DNA of 64,000 nucleotides from SAR86 cluster bacterium SAR86B (lineage in GTDB: Bacteria; Pseudomonadota; Gammaproteobacteria; Magnimaribacterales; D2472): NCBI GenBank assembly GCA_905182885.1, contig CAJJCW010000001.1, positions 155,282-219,281 on the forward strand, in the 5' to 3' direction. A model generated the notes under the pieces. It searched no databases. It saw only the letters and a program-made list of their open reading frames with translations, and had not been told where the DNA came from. Positions 1 to 12,036 of this stretch are shown here, one piece after another; the first letter of the stretch is position 1; each line of letters opens with the position of its first letter. The position numbers and the translations under genes are program-made.

Positions 1-427
1 TATTATTAAATTCTATCATTAGGTTATCTCTGTAAACTTTAGCAATTATTGATGCCGCACTTATTTCTGCAATCAAAGAGTCGCCTCCTATTATTGTCTG
101 AGTTGGCAGGTCAGTATCTGGTTTTTTATTTCCATCAACCAGCACTTCATCAGGAATAATTGGAAGATTTAGTATAGCTCGTTTCATTGCCAATAAAGAA
201 GCCTGAAGAATATTAATACTATCTATTTCCTCAGGAGATGCAGATCCAAACGCATAATAAGAATTCTCAATTATAATCATTGATAATTCTTCGCGTTTAT
301 TAGGGCTTAATTTCTTTGAATCATCTAGATTAGATAATTTTTTTTTGAGGATAACTGCAGCTGCAATAACTGGGCCTGCTAAACAACCACGTCCAACCTC
401 ATCAACTCCTGCTATTAGACTCTTCAA
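1..427 (-). CDS. rnhB: Ribonuclease HII (3' end runs off the window; not in ORF track)
   Basis: Manual translation from TTG at 427 gives [25 protein letters not shown]...LDDSKKL; start overlaps the lpxB stop; canonical lpxB-rnhB order. Confidence 0.95.
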   Translation of the reverse strand, partial: MKSLIAGVDEVGRGCLAGPVIAAAVILKKKLSNLDDSKKLSPNKREELSMIIIENSYYAFGSASPEEIDSINILQASLLAMKRAILNLPIIPDEVLVDGNKKPDTDLPTQTIIGGDSLIAEISAASIIAKVYRDNLMIEFNN

Positions 428-1542
428 AGTAGAGAAATTCTATTCGCAGTTTCAAGATAACCCTCACCCATTAAAAGTTTCCTAATATAGTTTTTATCAT
501 CTTTTTTTGATGAGTCATGTTCAAGTGACTTAGCTTCAAGAAATATTCTATCTGCTGTACATTCATTTTGCAGAAGTTCTGGATATCTTCTGTTATTAAG
601 AAGTAGGTTTGGAAGGCCAATATGCTTAACTTTTAACATTCGCGAGATTATAGAAAAATTTAAAGCACTTGTTTTATAGCAAATAATTGGATCGGCTCCC
701 AAGACAGCTGCTTCAAGAGAGGCTGTACCAGATGTTACTACTGAATATTCTGAAATTGACAGGAATTCCCTAGAGCAATTAGATTCAACAACTATAGGAA
801 GATTGCTTTCTTGAAGGTATGAATCAATTAAGTTTTTTAAATCCCTGTCTGCAGCAGGAATAAGATAAGTAAAATTATTAGATTCCTGATTATGTTTTTT
901 AATAAATTCTATATAAGTAGGTAACATTTTTTTAATTTCAGATTCTCTACTTCCAGGAAGGATAGATATAAACCTCGTATCATTTCTTAAATTAAATTTT
1001 GATTTAACATCAAGAACATCTGCATTCATAATTTTAGAAAAAGGGTGGCCTAAATGAATGCTGTTCAAACCCCTCTCTTTGTAAAAATTATCTTCAAAAT
1101 TAAATAAGCAGGCTGTAAAGTCTATATATTTTTTAATTGATTTAATCCTGCCCTGCCTCCACCCCCAAACAGAAGGGCTAACAATTTGTATATTTTTAGA
1201 TATTTTTTTATTCTTAAGAGCCTTATGAATTCCTATATTAAAATCAGGTGAATCAATCCCTATGAAGTAATCTATGTCTTCATGAGCAAACTTTCTAATT
1301 AAATTTTTTCTTAGCTTTGTTAGCTCTCTTAGATTTAATAATGGCTCAATGAGGCCCATTATGTGAAGTTTTTTAAAATCAAATTCTGAATTGAGCCCTT
1401 GATTTATCATTTCCGGACCACCAACTCCAAAAAGTTGGACATTGTAATTTATTTTTAAAGCTTCGATAATACCTGAACCAAGCCTATCGCCAGAGTATTC
1501 TCCCGCAACTACTCCTACTCTAAGAGTTGGTTTACTAGGCAC
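424..1542 (-). CDS. lpxB: Lipid-A-disaccharide synthase
   Basis: [38 protein letters not shown] motifs; lpx operon context. Confidence 0.96.
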   Translation of the reverse strand: MPSKPTLRVGVVAGEYSGDRLGSGIIEALKINYNVQLFGVGGPEMINQGLNSEFDFKKLHIMGLIEPLLNLRELTKLRKNLIRKFAHEDIDYFIGIDSPDFNIGIHKALKNKKISKNIQIVSPSVWGWRQGRIKSIKKYIDFTACLFNFEDNFYKERGLNSIHLGHPFSKIMNADVLDVKSKFNLRNDTRFISILPGSRESEIKKMLPTYIEFIKKHNQESNNFTYLIPAADRDLKNLIDSYLQESNLPIVVESNCSREFLSISEYSVVTSGTASLEAAVLGADPIICYKTSALNFSIISRMLKVKHIGLPNLLLNNRRYPELLQNECTADRIFLEAKSLEHDSSKKDDKNYIRKLLMGEGYLETANRISLL

Positions 1543-2322
1543 TTATCTTAGGATTCCTCTTTTAGAAGCTTTTATAGATTCAATAAAGACATTAAGACAA
1601 GGGTCGTCTGTTTCACTCAACATAGTATTTAGCTTAGTTAGGGCATCGTCTAATTTCAAATCTCGTCTGTAAACAACTCTATAAGCTTTTTTTATTAAGG
1701 CTATTGATTCATCGGGTATATCGTTTCTAGACATTCCAATAGAATTTAAACCAACAACTCTTGCCGGATTAGAGGCAACTTTGATATAGGCTGGAATATC
1801 CATTGTTATAGAAGCATTCATTCCAGCAAAGGAATGGTCGCCTAACTTACAGAATTGATGGACTGTTGAAAGGGCTCCTATTACTACAGAGCTACCCACT
1901 TCGACATGACCAGCTAATCCTGCATTATTAGCAAAGACATTATTACTTCCAACAATGCAGTCGTGTGCAATATGAACATAAGCCATAAAAAGATTATCAT
2001 GCCCTATCTTGGTAACACCTTTATCCTGAATAGTCCCTCTATGAATGGTAACGCCTTCTCTAAAAATATTATTGTTTCCAATAATTAGCCTAGTATCTTC
2101 TCCATTAAATTTCTTATCAGGGGTGTCTTCGCCAATGGTTGAAAATTGATAGATAGTATTATTTTCTCCTATTGTCGTTGGTCCTTTTAGAACAATATGG
2201 CTTAATAGTGACGTTCCCTGTTGTATTTCGACATCTCTACCAATAATACAAAATGGTCCGATATTTACGGAAGGATCAATTTTTGCAGATTCATGAATAA
2301 TAGAGGATGGGTGGATATTCAC
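1543..2322 (-). CDS. lpxA: UDP-N-acetylglucosamine acyltransferase
   Basis: Hexapeptide repeats, REGVTIHRGT, HIAHDC, VHQF. Confidence 0.97.
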   Translation of the reverse strand: MNIHPSSIIHESAKIDPSVNIGPFCIIGRDVEIQQGTSLLSHIVLKGPTTIGENNTIYQFSTIGEDTPDKKFNGEDTRLIIGNNNIFREGVTIHRGTIQDKGVTKIGHDNLFMAYVHIAHDCIVGSNNVFANNAGLAGHVEVGSSVVIGALSTVHQFCKLGDHSFAGMNASITMDIPAYIKVASNPARVVGLNSIGMSRNDIPDESIALIKKAYRVVYRRDLKLDDALTKLNTMLSETDDPCLNVFIESIKASKRGILR

Positions 2323-2771
2323 TAAACCTTCCTGTCAGCACATAAAATAGTTGCAGAGCAAGCTAGCTCCCCATCAACCTCAGCTCTACAAGCAAATTTC
2401 CAGATACCTCTTTTTTCATTGAGCACTTCACTATAAAGATGAATTACGTCCTCTGGGCCAACTCGCTTTTTAAACCTTGCCTTGTCAATACCAGCAAAAA
2501 CATAAATAGAACCCTCTTCTGGTGTCTTATTCATACTCTTAAAACCCAAAATACCTGAAGCTTGAGCCATGGTCTCTAATAAAATAACTCCTGGCATAAT
2601 AGGATTTCCAGGAAAGTGTCCTCTAAAATAATCCTCGTCTGGACTATTGTTTTTTATGCAGTGAATTTTTTTACCCAGATCAATACTTACAACCTCATCT
2701 ATAAATAAGAAAGGTTCTCTGTGAGGAAGGAGATTGGTAATTGCGTCTACAGTTCTAGTATCTAACATCAC
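2322..2771 (-). CDS. fabZ: 3-hydroxyacyl-ACP dehydratase FabZ
   Basis: LPHREPFLFID, FRGHFPGNPIMPGV. Confidence 0.97.
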   Translation of the reverse strand: MMLDTRTVDAITNLLPHREPFLFIDEVVSIDLGKKIHCIKNNSPDEDYFRGHFPGNPIMPGVILLETMAQASGILGFKSMNKTPEEGSIYVFAGIDKARFKKRVGPEDVIHLYSEVLNEKRGIWKFACRAEVDGELACSATILCADRKV

Positions 2772-3706
2772 TAAATCCTTTTTTTAATAAAGATTGATGA
2801 CTTTGCCCAATCTTGCTGCTTTTGAGCTGGCATTATACCAATATAATTGCCAGCCTCTTTGATAGTTTTAGTAATTAAAGTATGAGCTCCTATTATTACA
2901 TCATCACAAATAGAAAGGTGTCCCAGGACACCTGAAAGCCCTCCCATTTGAAAGTTTTTACCAATAACTGCAGAACCAGCGATTGCACAACAAGCTGCAA
3001 TTGCAGAATTCTTTCCGAGTATTACATTATGTGCAATATGGACTTGGTTATCTAACTTAACGCCATCGTGTATTTCAGTATTACCTAGAGCCCCTCTATC
3101 AATAGTGCAGCCTGCACCAATCTCAACATTTGAGCCAATAATTAACTTTCCAATTTGTTCAATCTTTACATAACCGTCTTTCGAGGGAGCATAGCCAAAG
3201 CCATCAGAGCCAAGAACTGAGCCATGTTGAATTATTGAATTTTTACCAAGATATACATCCCTAACAAGAGAACAATTTGCTCTAATGACTACATTGTCTT
3301 CAATGTCACATCCTGGACCAATATAAACATTTGCACCAATAGAAACATTATTTCCAATAATAGCTTCATTTGAAATTACAGCAGTGGGATGAATGCTATG
3401 TGTATCTAGCTCAAAAGAAGGCTCTTTGAAAAGAACGCTTAGTTTTGCATAAACTATGTAAGGGTCTTCTGATTTCAGATAATTTAATTCAGTATCTAAA
3501 TTAAAGTTAGCGTGAACCACTACAGCTCTAGCTTTTGTAGTTTTTAAAAATTTAGTATATTTACTATTAGCAAGGAATGTAATAGAGGTATCTGAGGAGT
3601 TTTCTAATGTAGCTAAATTATCGACGACAGCTGAACTGTCGCCAATAACTAAAGAGTTTGTAAGATTTGCTAGCTCGGCTAGTGTAAAACTTTTCTTTTC
3701 AGCCAC
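2771..3706 (-). CDS. lpxD: UDP-3-O-acylglucosamine N-acyltransferase
   Basis: GSDGFGYA, IDRGAL, KLDNQVHIAHNV, hexapeptide repeats. Confidence 0.96.
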   Translation of the reverse strand: MAEKKSFTLAELANLTNSLVIGDSSAVVDNLATLENSSDTSITFLANSKYTKFLKTTKARAVVVHANFNLDTELNYLKSEDPYIVYAKLSVLFKEPSFELDTHSIHPTAVISNEAIIGNNVSIGANVYIGPGCDIEDNVVIRANCSLVRDVYLGKNSIIQHGSVLGSDGFGYAPSKDGYVKIEQIGKLIIGSNVEIGAGCTIDRGALGNTEIHDGVKLDNQVHIAHNVILGKNSAIAACCAIAGSAVIGKNFQMGGLSGVLGHLSICDDVIIGAHTLITKTIKEAGNYIGIMPAQKQQDWAKSSIFIKKRI

Positions 3707-4242
3707 TACTCAGACTGAGTATTAGCCTCTGAAGCTGCAACATCTAACATTGATGTAACATCGTCAGTCAGATCAAGAGCAGGATCACTAAATAAAAGGC
3801 TATCATTTTTTTGAAGCAATACTTTAATTTGTTTTGCTTGAATTAGTTCGCCTATAATTTTTTGCATAGCTGCTCCAGTTGAAGCGAAAACCGCTTGAGC
3901 TGTTTCTTCTTGAGCTTGTTGTATTTTTCCAGCTAGAAATTCTAGATCTTTACCTTTATCTTGAATATCTTTTTGCATTTGAGCAATCTCTTGTTGGGAT
4001 AAAGTCTCGCCATCTTTTTGAAGTTTCTCAGCGATAGCCTGTCTTTCTGCTTGAATAGATTGAGCTTCTTCTAAGTTTGAAGAATAATCTGCACTTTCTT
4101 CCAATGCCTTAAAGGCATCTGAAGCGGCCTGTGTAGTTAAGACAGCTGTTCTCATGTCTATTACCGCAATACCTTCTGCTGCAAATACTGGTGCTGAAGC
4201 AAACAAAAATGCTATCAAGTAAAATTTAAATACGTTTTTCAT
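3706..4242 (-). CDS. skp: OmpH/Skp periplasmic chaperone
   Basis: Signal peptide, IAVID motif, coiled coil, DLTDDV C-terminus; lies between bamA and lpxD. Confidence 0.9.
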   Translation of the reverse strand: MKNVFKFYLIAFLFASAPVFAAEGIAVIDMRTAVLTTQAASDAFKALEESADYSSNLEEAQSIQAERQAIAEKLQKDGETLSQQEIAQMQKDIQDKGKDLEFLAGKIQQAQEETAQAVFASTGAAMQKIIGELIQAKQIKVLLQKNDSLLFSDPALDLTDDVTSMLDVAASEANTQSE

Positions 4243-4278
4243 AATTTCCCCTTATTGGTGATGTTTATTTTATATTAA

Positions 4279-6693
4279 TTAGAATACATTTCCTACAGTG
4301 AATTGGAATTCTTCCGTTCTCTTCAAATTGACCAGCATTAGTAGGTTTTGAGATTGCAAAACTCATAGGACCAAATCCTGTAATCCAGGTCACACCTACG
4401 CCATATGAGTATCTTAAATCCTCTATAGCTGGCTTATAACAGTTGATTTGATATTCTTTGCAGTTATCAGAAAAAACATTTCCAAAATCAAAAAAGAATG
4501 CAGATCTCATTGATCTTTGGTCTTCAATAAATGGAAGTCTAAATATTAGCTGGAGGCTTCCTTCAATTTTAATGTTTCCACCAATAGGATTTCTTTGAGT
4601 ATTTGAATTAGCATATGGATTATAATAAGGATAATCAGCGATTCCATCAGCATCAGTGTCTATAAGATTTGGACATGTTCCGTCTGAATAATTAAACTCA
4701 TAACAAGGTGCTTCAGTACTTCTAGGGCCTAGTGTATTTGATTCAAAACCTCTTAAAGATCTTGGGCCTCCGGCGTAAAAATTTTGAAAGAAAGGAGTTT
4801 CTTTCGTATCACCAAAAGAAGATAAATATCCAATCTCTCCAGAAAAACCAAATACTAAATTTTGAGATAGAGGTTGATAATACTTTTGTCTAATATTTAA
4901 TCTATAGTAATTTATATCACTACCGGGCAGTGTTGAGGATAGACTAATGCGCTTGAGGCTCCATCTGTTGGAAAAGTACCTCTATTAAGAGTAACTCTTT
5001 GCCAAGAAGTCTGAGCTGTTAAAGTTTCAAATATATTACCCTCAGAGTTAGTAAAATCCCATATCTCCCTTGCAGGACTGCTTCCAATATCAATATCCGT
5101 TTTATCATAAGTTAGACTTAATCCGACTCTGTTATATCTGAAACAGGATAACCAAACTGAGCTCCAATTCCCGCAGAGTTAGTTAGATAGTTAGCAACAT
5201 TAAACTCTCCATAATCTGTTTCTCTAAAATATAAGTTATAGCCAAGACTGACTCCGTCTTTTGTTGCGTAAGGATCTTGGAAGGACAGATTATAGCTTTT
5301 AGTATAAACATTTTGATTAATGCCTATTCCAACAGTATTGCCGGTACCCAAAAAATTTTGCTCCTGAAGATTAAAGCCAAGCATAAGACCAAAGTCACTA
5401 TAACCAACGTTACCACCTATAGATCCAGTTGTTTCCTCGTCAACATTAAATGTAATATCTACTTGATCATCAGTTCCTGGAACAGGAGTAGTTTCAACTG
5501 ATACCTCTTTAAAGTAGCCCAATCTTTCTAATCTTATCTTTGAATTTTCAATGCTAGCGTCATTTGTCCAGGCACCCTCATACTGTCGCATCTCTCTTCT
5601 TAGGACATAGTCCTGAGTAATTTCATTACCTGTAAATAATATTTTTCTTGTGTAGGTTCTAGCTCCAGGATCAATACTAAAAGGTTAATTTAACGTCCTC
5701 GGAGTCATCATCTATTTCAGGCTCACCGCTAACTTCAGCAAATGCATAACCTTGATTGCCTAGAATACTTATAAAATATTCTTCGATAGCTGTAATTTGA
5801 GCTTGTGAATAAGTCTGATCTTTCAATGAATTAGTTATATCTTCATAAGCCTCCTTTTCAAAAGGTATATCGCCAATAACTTCTACATCTTTAATATTAT
5901 ATTTTTCGCCCTCAACAACATTAAAGGTTATATATATTGATTTTTTATCCCTTGATAGGCTTATTTGCGATGACTCTAATGAAAATTTAATATATCCCCT
6001 ATCACGATAAAATGATTCTAAGGACTCTATATCACCCTTAAGCTTTTCTCTTGAGTAGGCATCATCATTAGATAGGAATGAAAAAAATGCGCCCTCAGAT
6101 AACTCAAATCCCTTTAGAAGGTCTTCATTAGAAAATATCTCATTTCCAATAATATTAATTTTTTTTATTTTTGCGCTTTTGCCTTCATCAACCTCAATCT
6201 TGACTTCAATTCTATTTCTTGGTTTCTTGATCTCTTCTATCTCAACGTCAGCTCCATACCTTCCATTTGATGCATAAGACCTTATTAGCTCAGATTTAAC
6301 TTTTTCCAATGTAGATCTTTTGTATACTTCGCCTTCTTTTATACCAACGCCGTTCAAACTTTCCATGAGCTGCTCAGTTTTTAGGGCTTTGTTACCAGAA
6401 ATATCAATAGCTGATATTGAAGGTCTTTCTGTAACTGTTATTATTAAAGTATTGCCATCTTTTCCAATTTGGACATCGTTAAACTGCTCAGTTGCAAAAA
6501 GAGACCTAGTAATATCAGATGATTTTCTCGTATTAATCTTATCGCCAACACTTATAGGAATAACATTAAAAATACTTCCTGTTGAGACTCTTTGAAGGCC
6601 TATTATCCTAATATCTCCAACTAAAAATTCCTCAAATGCAAATAGTTGAGATGTTAATAAGAAGCTTAGTAAATAAAATTTAAATGTTTTCAA
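4279..6693 (-). CDS. bamA: Outer membrane protein assembly factor BamA; four apparent single-base frameshifts (~5682, ~5130, ~4949, ~4319), probably consensus artefacts
   Basis: POTRA repeats (GLQRVSTG, RLERLGYF); barrel motif FYAGGPRSLRGF; reconstructed C-terminus TEEFQFTVGNVF* ending in Phe; fragments join in sequence. Confidence 0.95.
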
Positions 6694-6701
6694 TTAAGTT
6701 C

Positions 6702-8061
6702 CTAAAAAAATCTTGATACGTCATTAAAAATGGCAAATATCATCAATGCGCCGACCATAACTGCCCCACCGGTATAAATAATATTTTCTGTTTTTTCTGA
6801 TAAAGGTTTTCCTCTAACTGCCTCTATACCGAGAAGTGTTAGCTGGCCTCCATCTAGAACAGGAATAGGTAGTAAATTTAGAACACCTAGACTAATACTA
6901 AGAAGAGCCATTAGATACATGAATGGGAGAAGCCCTGCTTGCGCTGTATTTCCAGCCATTTGAGCTATACCTATAGGTCCACTAAGATTCTCAGCGCCCA
7001 TATTACCGGTCAGCATTTTTCCAATAAATTGGAGCGTCTTAATACTCAGATTGTATGTCTCATAAACACCTTTTGAAAAGGCTTGTAAAAATGATCTTTT
7101 TGTACCAAATGATACTCCCAATACCCCAATCTCATCTCCTGAGTCATTGACAAGAGATCCTATACTTACAGGTAAATCAATTACATTATTATTTCTTAAA
7201 ACTTTTATAGAAACATCTCTATTTGGCATGGATGATATAGATTCTCTTATATCACTTGCATAGTCTATTCTTGAACTGCCTATGCTCAAGACAACATCAT
7301 TAGCCTCAATCTTTGCAAGACTAGCAGGACCGCCTGACACCGTTTGACCAATTATTGGTTTCATTTTGTAATCTATAGCCAGAGCCCAAATAAGCCAATG
7401 GCTTGGTTTGTGATTCTGACGTTGGAAGAAAGTCTTCAACATAAATATTAACATTAACAATTTCATTGATATCTAGTCTCTTAATACCTAAATCTATATA
7501 GCCTGTTAATCCGGCGAGTGAAAGTAATTCTAAATTTAAATCTTTTGATTCATTTACATTTACAGAATTTATAGATGAGATTCTATCGCCAGGAAGAATA
7601 AATTGGTCAGAAGATTTAAGGACTATTGAGCTACCAACTTCTTTAATTACAGGAACTGTTTGAGGGTCCGGAGTATTTAAAAAGATTATAGAAAAAATAA
7701 AAATTGATAGAAGAAAGTTTGCCAATGGCCCAGCTATCATTATTGATGCTCTTTGCCATTTTGGTCTAGAGTCAAAGGTATTCTTTATCTGTGCTTCTGT
7801 TAATTGCTCTCTGACCTCTGGCTCTAATTCAATCAACCTATCAGTAATCATTGAAACATATCCACCTAAGGGTAAAAGAGATAAGGCAATTTCAGTCCCG
7901 TGCTTATCTAATCTTTTATAAATAACCGGTCCCATTCCTAGAGAAAACCTCTGGACGTGGACTTTACACATTCTTGCAACTATGAAATGACCGTACTCAT
8001 GAATAGTAACTAGAACGCCTAAGAGGACTAAAAAGGATGCTATGTATATTAGTGCTGTCAT
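6702..8061 (-). CDS. rseP: RIP metalloprotease RseP; one apparent frameshift at ~7384
   Basis: HEYGH, AGPLANF, PDZ region, NLLPIPVLDGG split across two overlapping ORFs. Confidence 0.95.
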
Positions 8062-8068
8062 AATTATT

Positions 8069-9223
8069 TTAAGTGAAGGATTTTACCACCTTCTCTGCCT
8101 CCCTGCGTGATTGATTGTCTATTTCGTAGATTGCCTCTATGCTTAAATTATTAGACAAAGGCATCAAGTCAAAAGTTCTATAAATAACATCATAAATTTG
8201 GCTAAACTTTATCTTATCTTCTAGAAAGCTCGCTACTGCGATTTCGTTTGCAGCATTGAAGACAGTTCCAGAAGAGCCTCCAGAATTACATATCTCTCTA
8301 GCTATATTAACTACATGAGCTCTATCTTCAGGGAAGTCTTGGAATGAAAGATTTAGCGAAGAAAAGTCTATTTCTAAGAAGCTAATAGGCAATCTATTTG
8401 TTCCAGAAAGTGCGTGAGATATTGGAACTCTCATGTCAGGGTTACTCATCTGACATATGCTAGACCCATCAATATAAGTAACAATTGAATGAACTATACT
8501 CTGGGGGTGAACAACTAACTTAAAGAACTTTTCATTTAAATCAAAAAGGTATTTAGCCTCAATAAGCTCAAGACATTTATTAACAAGTGTTGCTGAATCT
8601 ATTGATATCTTTGATCCCATTTCCCAGTTAGGATGTTTCAGTGCTTGTTCCTTAGTTACCATTCCAAGTTCATCTAGAGACTTATTAACAAAAGGCCCTC
8701 CAGATGCAGTAATAATAATTTTGGAAACATCTTCTTTAGCCTTCTCTCCAACTAAACATTGAAAAATTGCATTATGTTCACTATCTATGGGTATTACGTT
8801 AGTATTGAATTCTTTGGCCAACGGTAAAATTATATCCCCAGCAACAACTATGCTTTCTTTGTTTGCAAGAAGTATAGTTTTTCCAGTTTTAGCAGCCATT
8901 AGGGTTGTCTCAAGACCTGAAAACCCAGATATGGCTGAGATAATTACATCTACTAAAGGGTCATTTAATAAATTATGAAGCTCATCTTTTCCGGATAGAA
9001 TTTCTGTCTTAGGATTAACTTTTTCAATTAGCTTATTTTGATAATTAGAATTTTCTAAATAAGCATAATCAGGTAAAAATTTATTAGCGATGTCTGAGGC
9101 TTTGTCGATATTTGAATTAAATGCCATCCCATAAAGATTTAAACTGTCTGGATTTTGAGAAATAACATCAAGCGCACTATCACCAATGCTTCCTGTTGCC
9201 CCAAGTAAGAGTATATTTTTCAT
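8069..9223 (-). CDS. dxr: 1-deoxy-D-xylulose 5-phosphate reductoisomerase
   Basis: LGATGSIG, LANKES, PIDSEH, HPNWEMGSKISIDSAT. Confidence 0.97.
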   Translation of the reverse strand: MKNILLLGATGSIGDSALDVISQNPDSLNLYGMAFNSNIDKASDIANKFLPDYAYLENSNYQNKLIEKVNPKTEILSGKDELHNLLNDPLVDVIISAISGFSGLETTLMAAKTGKTILLANKESIVVAGDIILPLAKEFNTNVIPIDSEHNAIFQCLVGEKAKEDVSKIIITASGGPFVNKSLDELGMVTKEQALKHPNWEMGSKISIDSATLVNKCLELIEAKYLFDLNEKFFKLVVHPQSIVHSIVTYIDGSSICQMSNPDMRVPISHALSGTNRLPISFLEIDFSSLNLSFQDFPEDRAHVVNIAREICNSGGSSGTVFNAANEIAVASFLEDKIKFSQIYDVIYRTFDLMPLSNNLSIEAIYEIDNQSRREAEKVVKSFT

Positions 9224-10041
9224 TAGGCAAAATAGTTGATTAAGACAACAAGGATGGGCATAGAAGGGAGATGTGAATCTATTCTATCCAAAATACCTCC
9301 GTGACCTGGGAGGATTGATCCTGTATCTTTAACCCCGCTTTGTCTTTTAAGGAAGCTAAAAAAGTAATCCCCGGCAAAGGAAAAAAAAGATCCAATAATC
9401 AACAAAGGAATAATAATCCAGTTGAGATTTAATAGAAAAGATAGAAATACTCCAAATAATCCTGCTCCAATTACTCCTCCAATAAAGCCTTCAACTGTTT
9501 TATTTGGGCTAATATTTTTCAACAAAGGTGTTTTTCCTAAGGCAGAGCCAATCAAATAAGCCGAGCTATCGGAGATAGCTGAATTAAAAACAATAATTAA
9601 AAAAAGATAGAAATTAGATACTGATAAAAAACTATCATGGTTTACAAGAAAAATTGAGCTAGCTAAGAATCCTAAAGGGAGTAATGATCTTAGAAGTGTG
9701 TTGTTAAAAGAAATATTTTTGAATTTATCTAACTTATTCAAAATTAAGCAGGTACTAAAAAAGACCCACAGCATAGAAATACCTAAAGTATAAAGAAATA
9801 AAAATTTAGATGAAAATGCTAGAAAGAGAGCTAAAAATATAAGAATTGAAATAACGTCCAAGGTGAAGCTTTTGTCTTGAGAGTTGGCTCTCCATTCCGA
9901 AATTGCAAGAATGGTTATGGCAATAATGGCTGCATAGAAAAAATATAAATTTTCTAAATAAATTAAAATGACTAGAGGCATGATTATGCCCAATCCAGTT
10001 AATGATCTAGTTATAAATTTTGATTTAAACTCTTTTTCCAA
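9223..10041 (-). CDS. cdsA: Phosphatidate cytidylyltransferase
   Basis: ISPNKTVEG, KDTGSILPGHGGILDRIDS; multiple TM helices. Confidence 0.95.
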   Translation of the reverse strand: MEKEFKSKFITRSLTGLGIIMPLVILIYLENLYFFYAAIIAITILAISEWRANSQDKSFTLDVISILIFLALFLAFSSKFLFLYTLGISMLWVFFSTCLILNKLDKFKNISFNNTLLRSLLPLGFLASSIFLVNHDSFLSVSNFYLFLIIVFNSAISDSSAYLIGSALGKTPLLKNISPNKTVEGFIGGVIGAGLFGVFLSFLLNLNWIIIPLLIIGSFFSFAGDYFFSFLKRQSGVKDTGSILPGHGGILDRIDSHLPSMPILVVLINYFA

Positions 10042-10753
10042 ACCTTCTACTCACTTTTTTGAAATTTGCTATACATTTAATAAAATCTTCTTTTGAAAAA
10101 TCTGGCCAGTACTTATCAACAAATAATATTTCTGAATAAGCAACTTGATATAAAAGGAAGTTACTTATTCTTCTATCGCCTCCAGTTCTGATTAATAAAT
10201 CAACATTGCTTACTGGAGAGCAAGAGTATTCATTTACAAGATCTTCATTTATATCTGATAGTTGAATTTTTCCTTGCTGGACTCTGGATGAAATTTCTTT
10301 TGTTAAGTCTACAATATCCTGCCTGCCTCCATAACCAAGAGCAACATTTAATTGTAATGACGGATTTTCTGAGAAAGTAGCATTTTCAGCTTCTTTAATT
10401 TTTTTTATTATCTTTTCTCCGAAGTCATCTGTATGACCAAAGAACTTTAGCTTAACTTTTTGCTCTGTAAGTTCAGGTACTTGGTCTTCAATGGCCTTGA
10501 GTACTAATTGTTTTATTGCCTCTATCTCAGGCTTTGGTCGAGACCAATTCTCAGAACTAAATGCATATAGTGTTAATGAATCAATATTTTGCCTTATAGA
10601 TTCCTCAACTATAGCCCTAACAACCTCAACTCCTTGCTTGTGACCCTTACTAACATTCAAAGAGTTAGCGATAGCCCACCGACCATTACCATCCATAATA
10701 ATTGCAATATTTTTAGGAGTTTTTTGAGAGATTTTTTTGATTATGTTAGCCAT
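10025..10753 (-). CDS. uppS: Undecaprenyl diphosphate synthase
   Basis: IIMDGNGRWA, FSSENWSRP, LIRTGGDRRISNFLL. Confidence 0.97.
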   Translation of the reverse strand: MANIIKKISQKTPKNIAIIMDGNGRWAIANSLNVSKGHKQGVEVVRAIVEESIRQNIDSLTLYAFSSENWSRPKPEIEAIKQLVLKAIEDQVPELTEQKVKLKFFGHTDDFGEKIIKKIKEAENATFSENPSLQLNVALGYGGRQDIVDLTKEISSRVQQGKIQLSDINEDLVNEYSCSPVSNVDLLIRTGGDRRISNFLLYQVAYSEILFVDKYWPDFSKEDFIKCIANFKKVSRRFGKRV

Positions 10754-10763
10754 GATTGGCTAT

Positions 10764-11318
10764 CTAAATTTCTAATAAGTCAGATTCTTTATTTTTCAGC
10801 TCTAAATCTACAAGACCTATAAATTTATTAGTTTCTTTTTGAATAAGGTCTTCTAGGCGCTTAAGATCATCTTCAGAAATATCTCCAGCTGACTGGCTTT
10901 CTTTAGCTTCTTGATTAGCATCTCTTCTTCCATTTCTAATAGAAACCCTTGCATTTTCAGCTTCAGATCTAGCTTGCTTGATATAATCCTGTCTTGTCTC
11001 TTCCGTTAAAGTAGGCATCGTAACTCTTATTAGGTCTGATGAGGTGCTAGGATTTAGACCTAGATTTGCATTCATAATGGCTTTTTCTATTTCAGGTATT
11101 AAGCTTTTATCCCATGGCGAGATGACTAATGATCTACCCTCTTCAACATTAATATTTGCCGCTTGGTTTAAAGCTGTCAAGTTACCGTAGTAGTCAATTT
11201 TTACATCATCCAGTAAAGATGGATTAGCTCTACCTGTTCTAATTTTATTGAACGCTTGATGAAGTGATGAAAGTGATTTATCCATTCTCTCGGAAGTCTT
11301 GTTGATTAAATCATTCAT
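10764..11318 (-). CDS. frr: Ribosome recycling factor
   Basis: IRTGRANPSLLD, LGLNP, LTEETR. Confidence 0.97.
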   Translation of the reverse strand: MNDLINKTSERMDKSLSSLHQAFNKIRTGRANPSLLDDVKIDYYGNLTALNQAANINVEEGRSLVISPWDKSLIPEIEKAIMNANLGLNPSTSSDLIRVTMPTLTEETRQDYIKQARSEAENARVSIRNGRRDANQEAKESQSAGDISEDDLKRLEDLIQKETNKFIGLVDLELKNKESDLLEI

Positions 11319-11319
11319 A

Positions 11320-12033
11320 TTATGATATTAACGTACCTATTTTCTCACCGCAAACTATATCTTTCAAAGCATTTGGAGTATTAACATTAAAAACTCTAAT
11401 TGGTAGATGATGGTCTCTTGCGAGTGTCAGCGCAGTAGCATCCATTACCTTTAAATTTTTTGATATAGCTTCATCAAACGATAATTCTGGATAAAATTTT
11501 GCATTTTTGTTTATTTCAGGATCTGCATCGAAAACGCCATCGACTCTTGTTGCTTTAAGCATTAGTTCAGATTGAGTCTCAATTGCTCGAAGGCACCCAG
11601 CTGTATCTGTTGTAAAGAATGGGTTACCTGTTCCTGCTGTAAAAATAACAACATACCCATCACTTAGAAGTTGAATCGCAAGTCTTCTATCATAATGCTC
11701 GACCAATCCACCCATAGGGATAGCAGACATTACTCTAGTTTTAATACCAGCTCTTTCTAAAGAATCTCTTAAGGCAATACCATTCATAACTGTTGCAAGC
11801 ATGCCCATATGGTCGCCTGCGACTCTGTCCATACCAGCTTTGCTTAATTTCTCGCCTCTAAAAAGATTCCCCCCGCCAATAACTATACCTATTTGAGCGC
11901 CGAGCTCTGTGCAAGACCCAACTGAAGAGGCCATGCTATCTAGAATTTTAGGATCTATGCCGTGCTCGTCATCACCAGCAACAGACTCTCCGCTAAATTT
12001 TACGAGGATTCTTTTGTGTGAAAGTGTAGACAT
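11320..12033 (-). CDS. pyrH: UMP kinase
   Basis: [29 protein letters not shown]. Confidence 0.97.
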   Translation of the reverse strand: MSTLSHKRILVKFSGESVAGDDEHGIDPKILDSMASSVGSCTELGAQIGIVIGGGNLFRGEKLSKAGMDRVAGDHMGMLATVMNGIALRDSLERAGIKTRVMSAIPMGGLVEHYDRRLAIQLLSDGYVVIFTAGTGNPFFTTDTAGCLRAIETQSELMLKATRVDGVFDADPEINKNAKFYPELSFDEAISKNLKVMDATALTLARDHHLPIRVFNVNTPNALKDIVCGEKIGTLIS

Positions 12034-12036
12034 GAA

